A stretch of DNA of 64,000 nt from Diplonema japonicum. Taxonomy: Eukaryota > Protista > Euglenozoa: Diplonemea. Of the stretch, positions 56,871 to 64,000 are shown piece by piece; the first letter of the stretch is position 1, and each line of letters opens with the position of its first letter. The stretch spans positions 248,001 through 312,000 of the forward strand of contig OZ025667.1 in assembly GCA_964019335.1 (NCBI GenBank), read 5' to 3'. The notes below the pieces were generated by a model. The model searched no databases, was not told the origin of the DNA, and worked only from the letters and a program-made list of their open reading frames with translations. The translations under genes and the position numbers were made by a program.

Positions 56871-59800
56871 ATGGGGTCCGTTTTTTGCGTGGCTCTGATG
56901 ATGGTGTGGGCACAGAGTGCCATGGCCTTGGTGGGCAGTGGGAGCACTGTACTCTGCTCGACGTTGGAAAAAATCGCGGACGATAATAAAAGCGCTCTGA
57001 GCAGCTACGACTGCATTGGGAGTGGGAGGGGCAAAGACAGGCTATTCAGCACCGCCTCTGTTAGCTTTGCTGCTTCCGACTCAGTACTGGACGAGACGCA
57101 GATTGCAAACCACCCTGACGCGCAGATGGTGCCCTTCACCGTCACGCCCATTGGGGTAATCTACAATTTGCCATCCATCCGCACTCTTGTGCTCAGCAGG
57201 ACAGCGCTTGCCTCTATCTTCTCAGGCAGCATCAGGTACTGGGACGACGCTGTCATTGCACTCGAGAATCCCGACGTGACGTTCCCCCACGAGCCCATCG
57301 TGCCTGTGGTCCGGGGCGACAAGTCTGGCAGCACCGAAATCTTCACACGCGCGTTAAACTCCTTCTCTTCCACCATATGGCGGCTAGGTGTCATCAGCAC
57401 GTGGCCCTCCGGCACCACTGCCGTCACCAAGGTAGGTGGCTCCAACGTCCTGTCACACGTTCAAAGCACACCGTACACCATCTCGTACAGCGGGATGTCC
57501 GATGTTACCTCGAATGGTATTTCTTTCGCAGTTGTTAAGAACAAGGTGGGGTCCTCCACCCTGCCGGGGTGGGCAGACGGCGACGAAACCGCCGACAGCT
57601 TCGTGTTCAACAACGAAACGCTCGTAGCCGACATGAGGGAAGGACTCGGCTACCCCATCACAGGTGTTAGCTACATCATCATCAGGAAGAACGCTCCTAA
57701 CATATGTGAGATCCTCAACTGGCTGCACTGGCTGCTGACCGACCCGTCTGTTGATGTCATCATCTCAAGGTCGGGCCTTGTGCCGTCTGCTGTGTCCACA
57801 CGGAACATGGCCTTCACGAGGCTTGCCTCACCAAAATGCGAGTCGTTGCTGCAGAAGCCAGTGCGGGTGCACGTACATGGGGAGGAGGACGCAAGGTTGT
57901 TGAACAAGATAGGCTACGGCCTGAACGCCGACACCCCCCAGAAGTACCTGCAGATGGTGTACGACGACAGCGATGTGACGGTGAATTTGAAGGATCCTGG
58001 GTACCTGTCCTTCCCTGTGGCGCTGGAGGGTGTTGAGGTTGTCGTGAACTTCGGAATCAACATCGCTGTCATGGAGCTGGACATGAAGTACCTGAGGCAG
58101 GTGTTTACGAAGGAAATCAGATTCTGGAACAATAGCAACTTGCGCGTTAGATCTTCGTACGTACCTTCCTCTGACGCATCTATTGAGGTGGTCACGGACG
58201 AGGGGATGGCCTACTATGGGATGATTCTTGGTGCTCTGGGAATCGATAATGCCAACGCGCCCCTCGCAAAGCCCGACAAGATCCTGAAGGACCTTGTCAG
58301 CGTGGCCGACTATGTGAAGGGGAAGCCAAACACTATTGCAGTACTCCCCTCGGTGCTTAGTGCCTCCTGGAAGCTCTCCTTGGTGCAGCCGGTGGTGAAC
58401 AATTCCCCTACCTCGTCCTACAAAAGTGTTCTTAGCAACACAAACCTCTTAGCTTACACAACAGACAGCTTCACCGTCACTATCAACAGCAGCACGCAGC
58501 ACCCTTTCTTCCGAGTTATCAGCTTCGAGGTCAACAGCAACGTCGTCAACCTGGCAGGCTGCGAGCGCGGGCACTACGACCTGGTCACCTACCTGTTGGG
58601 CGTGAAGGGGCAGGAAACTATCAAAAACGACGGCCTCCTTTTGCTGACCAGTGTGATTGAGGACCTGAAAGTGCACCAACTGCCTCGGCTGCAGTGCAAC
58701 GGGAACCGCATCATGTACAAGCCTTCGGAGTTCGACAAAACGCTGCTCGTAGTGCTGGGCTCCATCGTCGGCGGCATCCTATGCGTCGTCATCGTGTGCC
58801 TTGTGTTTCACTACTTGTCGGAAAAGAAGAAGCACCAGAACCTCCTCAACGAGAACATCTACGCCGCACAGTCCATCTCGGAGGCTCTTGTCATTTTTGA
58901 TTTGGACGCTGCACGGAGGGCGCTTTCCCAGTGCACGAACCTACCGGAGACCCTTCAGAAGGCCTTCACGTCCCTCATTGCAAATCTGGACTCGTACAAG
59001 GCGTACCTCCCTGACTCGTGCCTGCATGGGAACTCTGAAGAAGACCTTTTCAGTGCCACGCAGTCGGAGACCGACGAGTTCGCCTTTACGCCAGGCAGCA
59101 GGATTAGGGCGAGCTCGGGGTCGAGCTCCACGCATTCGCTGCAGAACACAGCAGGCACAGGCGGGTCGTTTGTTCAAAATAGCCCAAACACACGAAAGCG
59201 CAGGTCCCTGAAGGTAGACCTGCTGCTCGTGAGGAAGATTACGATGGCTGTCATCAACGTGGTGAGGTTCCACAGGGCGGACGACATGAGCGACCTGCTG
59301 ATACGGTACTTGCACTTGATTACAAAGGTGACTGCGGACTACAACGGGATACGGGACGGGTTCTCGGGGGATAAGATGAACCTGAGCTGGAACGGCGCAA
59401 AGGGGAACATGAACCATGTGTACAACGCAGGGAAGGCGTGCAAGGTCATCCAAGGGCTGTGCGAGAAAGAGGACATCATCACGACAGTCGGCCTCTCATC
59501 AGGACCCGTGAAGTGCGGGGTGGTGGGGACAGAACGGGTCAAGAAGTTCACCATAATAGGCGGTGTCGTGGGATGGGTCTGCATGTTGGAGCGCCTCAAT
59601 GCCTTGTACAAGACAAGCATACTGACTGACGCCAGTGACGTGAGGAACTTCTACTACACCTACACCGTCGACATGGTGGTCTTCCCGAAGTACAAAAGTG
59701 ACACCCACATCCGCATATACGCAATCTCCTCAGAAAAGGAGGTTGACAATAGCGAGTGGATGTACCAGCTACAGGAGGCCAACAGCAACGACCCCCACCG

Positions 59801-59978
59801 TGACTTCAACAAGGCTATGGACTCCTATTTTTCTGGGGACTACACGGCAGCGAAGGCGCTCCTTGTGCATATTTCAGAGCCGTCCCGAGCCCCCCAGGTC
59901 CTTGAAGTGATTAACGGGCTTAGTGATCTTTCTAAGTTACCCCAACCGACTACTATGCTTGGGTTTAAGCATTTCTGA
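56871..59978 (+). CDS. Receptor-type cyclase-like protein: signal peptide, PstS-like phosphate-binding domain, second degenerate PBP domain, TM, class III cyclase homology domain
   Basis: GSGST, IGSGRG, FAASD, IYNLP, RGDKSGSTEIFT and YPI PstS motifs. TM LLVVLGSIVGGILCVVIVCLVF. NLDSYKAYLP, FSGD and VGLSSG..CGVVG cyclase motifs. Confidence 0.85.
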   Translation: MGSVFCVALMMVWAQSAMALVGSGSTVLCSTLEKIADDNKSALSSYDCIGSGRGKDRLFSTASVSFAASDSVLDETQIANHPDAQMVPFTVTPIGVIYNLPSIRTLVLSRTALASIFSGSIRYWDDAVIALENPDVTFPHEPIVPVVRGDKSGSTEIFTRALNSFSSTIWRLGVISTWPSGTTAVTKVGGSNVLSHVQSTPYTISYSGMSDVTSNGISFAVVKNKVGSSTLPGWADGDETADSFVFNNETLVADMREGLGYPITGVSYIIIRKNAPNICEILNWLHWLLTDPSVDVIISRSGLVPSAVSTRNMAFTRLASPKCESLLQKPVRVHVHGEEDARLLNKIGYGLNADTPQKYLQMVYDDSDVTVNLKDPGYLSFPVALEGVEVVVNFGINIAVMELDMKYLRQVFTKEIRFWNNSNLRVRSSYVPSSDASIEVVTDEGMAYYGMILGALGIDNANAPLAKPDKILKDLVSVADYVKGKPNTIAVLPSVLSASWKLSLVQPVVNNSPTSSYKSVLSNTNLLAYTTDSFTVTINSSTQHPFFRVISFEVNSNVVNLAGCERGHYDLVTYLLGVKGQETIKNDGLLLLTSVIEDLKVHQLPRLQCNGNRIMYKPSEFDKTLLVVLGSIVGGILCVVIVCLVFHYLSEKKKHQNLLNENIYAAQSISEALVIFDLDAARRALSQCTNLPETLQKAFTSLIANLDSYKAYLPDSCLHGNSEEDLFSATQSETDEFAFTPGSRIRASSGSSSTHSLQNTAGTGGSFVQNSPNTRKRRSLKVDLLLVRKITMAVINVVRFHRADDMSDLLIRYLHLITKVTADYNGIRDGFSGDKMNLSWNGAKGNMNHVYNAGKACKVIQGLCEKEDIITTVGLSSGPVKCGVVGTERVKKFTIIGGVVGWVCMLERLNALYKTSILTDASDVRNFYYTYTVDMVVFPKYKSDTHIRIYAISSEKEVDNSEWMYQLQEANSNDPHRDFNKAMDSYFSGDYTAAKALLVHISEPSRAPQVLEVINGLSDLSKLPQPTTMLGFKHF

Positions 59979-60927
59979 AATGAAAAGAAAGAAGAAAGAC
60001 GAGTCCCCGCTCTCTGACGTTCAGTTAATTTTTTTTTTATTTTAGTTTTTTTCCGTTACCGTTAGCTTTCCCCAAAGAACATTTAAAAATAAGAAATTGG
60101 GCAGCATTGATGTTAGAGTTTTTTCTTCTTTTTTTTTTCCCGTTACGCATGAAGAAAGCAAAACTTGCCTTGAGATCATGGAGGGTGGAACTCCTGGAGA
60201 GAGGGGCAGCAGAAACACAACAACAACAACAAAAACCACTCACGGCTTTTCAGCAATTATTTCTCTGGGAGGATATTAATAGGGAAAATTCTTTTTCCCC
60301 GCCTCCCTTCTTCTCATATGTACGATGTCTCTTAGTTCAATCTGATACCGATTTTGCAATTAAAATTTTGTGGGGGCAAGAAAAAGACATGACGCGCACC
60401 AGGTTAACATACCGTTCAGCATCTCACTTTTTTTTAAGGGCGGCCCTGCACTTTGAGTTTTTTTTTTTTTTGTTACAAGTATTTATCTTTCAAAAAATGA
60501 TTTATAGCTATATGCATCTTGTAAAGACTTTCGCATCTTTTTAGAAACCTTTTTTGCTCGTGCGAACAACAAGGACATATAGTCATAGAGAATTATTTAA
60601 AAAGAGCATGAGAACAAGGGGGCGTCTCACAAAGACTTCCTTTAACTCATATATTTAAATATCTCTTTTTCTTTTCTCTTTTTTATGCATGAACACACGG
60701 TCTATGTAAGTGAGGCGAGGTTACATATGTCGCCATATCGCCTTACTTTTTATATTAATGAAAATATAAGAAGAACATCAGATGTGTTGTTTGCTGTTGA
60801 TCTCCTTGGTAGCGCCGGGTTTGCTGGGGTTGGGCTGTACACCGCACGCATTAAGGACACGACGCGGAACGCAGAAGAAGCTACAACTCGGCCGCAGTGC
60901 GCCTTGTAGTCAAGTAGATAATTCTTA

Positions 60928-60970
60928 TGCAGGACGCCGCCAACACCGGCCTCCTTTAACTCATATATAT
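60928..60970. repeat. Dispersed 43-bp repeat, copy 2
   Basis: Matches 31943-31985 with one mismatch. Confidence 0.85.
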
Positions 60971-61400
60971 ATTTTAATTTTTTTTTTATATCGTGGGTAG
61001 CAAGATTCTCTGCACAAGGGGACTTCCTCCCGGAAACCATACAATAGCTGGGAGCGCCAAAACATGTTTAGTCCCCCCTACAGGGAGTGTCCCCAGAAGT
61101 TTTCTCACATAAATCGAGAAATTCTTCTTTTTTTTTTTTTCCTTCTGGAGAAAATGGGGAAGGCAACAAGGGAACAAAAGAGAAAAAAAAAAAAAAACAA
61201 GGATGGCATTTGTTCGTTTTCTTAGGGGAAAAAAAAGAGAGAAAAACAGCATCCAGGGTTAACCGATCACCAACGGTTTTTATTACAAAACAGGGGGGGG
61301 GGGGGGGGGGGGGTTGTTTAAAATTGACGACTATCGAGTCGGGAGGTGAGCATGCAACCATACTTATGGCCCTTCTTGAGACCCCCCCCCCCCCCCCCCA

Positions 61401-61486
61401 GGGCTATGTTGCAAGAAACGGGGAAACGTTTGTCTTATTTTCAAAAAAGAGCTTGAAACAGTAGCGCGTTTCCTTGCCAACATAGC
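61401..61486. mobile_element. ~90-bp hairpin/MITE-like element, copy B
   Basis: Arms GGGCTATGTTGCAAGAAAC and GTTTCCTTGCCAACATAGC. Internal GAAACGTTT, CTTATTTTCAAAA and AGCGCG are shared with copy A. Preceded by a C-run. Confidence 0.7.
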
Positions 61487-61744
61487 GACTTCATACACAC
61501 CATGGAAATACTGGGAATACGATAGGAACGAGAATACTAGCGAATTTGCTGGTTTTTTTTTTTTTTTTTTTTTCTCTTTTTTTTCTGTCTCTTGTCAAGG
61601 TGAGAGAGAATTAATGTAGTTAGACACACGGATGCTATATTTGCAGCACCGCAACAAATGCGAAGAAGTTTTTTTTTTTTTTTGCCGCAGCAAGGAGGTG
61701 ACAGCGGGTACCCTACCTCTCTTTACACAATTTTTTTTTTTTTT

Positions 61745-64000
61745 GGCGGGACACCTGTGCAGCAGCAGCTAACCCCGATGGTCGCCCCCCTGGCTGTCCA
61801 GGACATCGACACCGAGTTCAATTGAAGTGCGGACTGGGACGTCCGGAGGGACGTCCAGTCGGGTGGCGCCAGGGACCCCGATTCGCTCATAATCACCACA
61901 CTCAATGTGGGGTCCCTGAGCAACAAGGTTGACGAGGTCCTGGCTATGGGGAGCGACGTGACATGCCTGCAGGAAGTGAAGCTGACGGAGCACGGTCAGG
62001 AGATGGTTGGGAGACACGTCGAGGACGACGGTAGGTATCGCGCGTTGTGGGGGAGCCCGCAACCAGGCATCGTGGTCGATGGACTCGCGTCTCCTGATAA
62101 GGCGAAGAGGGGCGGGGTGGGTCTGCTGGTGCAGCGACGCCGACCTGCTCTGGTAAAAGATACGGCAGGAAGAGCTGACGACAACAGGTGGGTACACTCG
62201 ATGATCAACCTAGATGGTCGAGATATGTGGTTACACCTGATCGTAGTCTACTGTCACTCGGGCGGTCACGGCAAGCACCAGCGGGAGGCTCTGCTGGATA
62301 AGGTCCTGAACAAGATGAGATGCGTCCTCGGTGACGTACCGATCATCGTGGCAGGCGATTTCAACACCGCGGTGTCACAGTCGGGAGTGCTACAACAGGC
62401 GGTGGGGAGCGATTGGGTGGATGCTGCTATGCTGCAAGCCGAGAGGGATGGCGTGGAACCATGCCACACCTTTGCCAGGCAGGCCACCAACACGAAGACG
62501 CGTATCGACTACGTTCTGCTGAACCCGATCGCGGCGGCAGGCCTACAGAAGGTGTGGGTACACGACGCAGTCTACACCAACGAGCACCGCTGCCTCTCAA
62601 TCCAGCTCCGGATCCCGGCCCTCAAGTGCATGACGAGGAAATACTTCGTCCCGAGGGAGTTGCCGATGGAAGCTGCTGATGGTGACCGAGTTGCTGAGCT
62701 GCTACAGGTCGGGGGATTTGCGCAGAAGCTGGGCGACGGCGACATTGACGATGCGTATAGTACGTTAGCGTGCGTTTCGGAGGAATGCTGCATCGGGGAC
62801 CTGCCAGCGGTGAGACGGAGGGCCTACGTCGGGAGAAGCGTGGCGCGACAACCAAAGGAGAAGTGCCTGTCGGCGAAATCTGTGGTTGAGGCGACAGGTG
62901 CGGCAGTGGGCTGGCAGAAGTGCATCGCCGAGGTGAAGCGGAAAGTCTCGCACATCCTTGCGGGAGTCCAAGATTTGCTCGACAGGGGACTAGCAAGCAA
63001 CATGCCGGAGCAGCTGCTGAGGACTTGGGCGAATGCTATAAAGGTGTTAGCGAAGCTCCCGCAGCTTCCGAGATGCGAGGTGGGTCTGATGAAGGACAAT
63101 TTTGAAACGATTATCATCAAACTTCAACGCCTAGACGACGACCTGTCCGCTCTGGCGCGAGTGATCGCAAAGGACGCGAGGGTCGAGCGTGAAAGGAAGT
63201 ATGAAGAGAGGATCAACACCCACTTCAAGGAGGAACGGAAGAGGGTGACCGCCTTCGTGAAGGGCACAACGGCATCAGCAACGCAGGCAGTGGAAGGCGA
63301 CGGGGTTCTCACGGCAGATCTTGAAGAGATGGACAAGATGATGCACAAGGAGTGGGACCCTATTTTTCAGCTGTACGGTGGGGATCGAGGAGAGCCGCAG
63401 TACAACGCCTTTAGAACGAGGTACAGGGAGTACATCGTGTCGCAGAAGATGGAACTTCGACCACTTACAGGAGAGGATCTGAGGGCGGTGTTGGCCAAGA
63501 AGTCAACGAGAACGGCTCCAGGGGTGGATGGATGGAGGATGGCGGAACTGCGTGCCATGCCGGTAGTACTGCTGGATGCTTGGGCCGAGCTGTTCAACGC
63601 AGTCGAGACGACAGGGAAGTGGCCGAAAGCACTCCTGACAGCGCTGGTGACGTTGATCCCGAAGGGTGGCGAGAGGACTCCTCTGAACCATCGGCCGATC
63701 ACAGTCACGAGCGCGGTCTATCGGCTGTGGGCATGTGCGAGGCTGCGTGACATCACGCTGTGGCAAGAGAAGTGGATCGACGACTCTCAGCATGGTTTCA
63801 GACCGAAGAGAGGCACGGATAGCATTCTGATGGAGCTCAGTACACAGCTCGAAGAGGCGCTGTTGACAGGCACCCCTCTCAACGGCATTGCGTTGGATTT
63901 TGTCAAGTGCTTCGACAGAGTCCCACAGCAGATAGCTTTTGGCCTGATGCAAGATCTCGGTTTGCACGAGCGGATACTGACCCCCTTGAAAGCTATGTAT
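61745..64000 (+). mobile_element. Non-LTR (LINE) retrotransposon, APE endonuclease + reverse transcriptase, 3'-truncated by the window edge
   Basis: Stop-free frame 61826 to >64000. It is absent from the ORF track because it has no stop. APE motifs TLNVGSL, CLQEVK, GGVGLL, IVAGDFN and TRIDYVL. RT motifs PGVDGW, LIPKG, RPITVTSAVYRLW, QHGFR and LDFVKCFDRVP. Confidence 0.93.

Noticed and set aside
61751-61761. ACACCTGTGCA shared between the LINE 5' end and the GTPVQ tail of the tandem family
   Set aside because: Only 11 nt with no flanking similarity; plausibly chance.
1-64000. CRISPR arrays, rRNA, tRNA or prokaryotic operons
   Set aside because: No regularly spaced repeats, cloverleafs or rRNA signatures were seen, and the introns and gene content are eukaryotic.

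Overview
Eukaryotic nuclear DNA, most likely a euglenozoan and probably a diplonemid. This is inferred from strictly co-oriented genes, polypyrimidine+AG signals before ATGs, a PSP1-domain gene, a heme-less CBS and receptor-type cyclases, together with many cis-introns. About 26 protein genes lie on the + strand like a polycistronic cluster. In order they are: a RanBP2-ZnF/globin fusion, LRR-cNMP, coiled-coil/TPR, pseudo-DJ-1, TM-EF-hand, midasin (one 200-N gap), OTU protease, cystathionine beta-synthase, ESS2/DGCR14, BMT5-like methyltransferase, a tandem array of Cys-rich membrane proteins (4 genes plus 1 pseudogene), SMYD-type SET, coiled-coil-FERM-LRR, an Arp11-like actin-related protein, two receptor-type cyclase-like proteins (one with PstS-like ectodomains) and a PSP1 protein. 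I reconstructed 25 GT-AG introns by hand; 18 are only 32-47 nt and 17 start GTATG. Mobile DNA comprises an APE+RT non-LTR retrotransposon running off the 3' end, two copies of a ~90-bp hairpin element, a composite insertion with a decayed minus-strand ORF, and short dispersed repeats. No rRNA, tRNA or CRISPR was recognised. The best candidates for new biology are a PstS-TM-pseudocyclase phosphate receptor, a ZnF-globin with proximal His replaced by Tyr, the ultra-short intron system, and the 5' architecture of the LINE. All domain calls come from motif recognition by eye, not from database searches.
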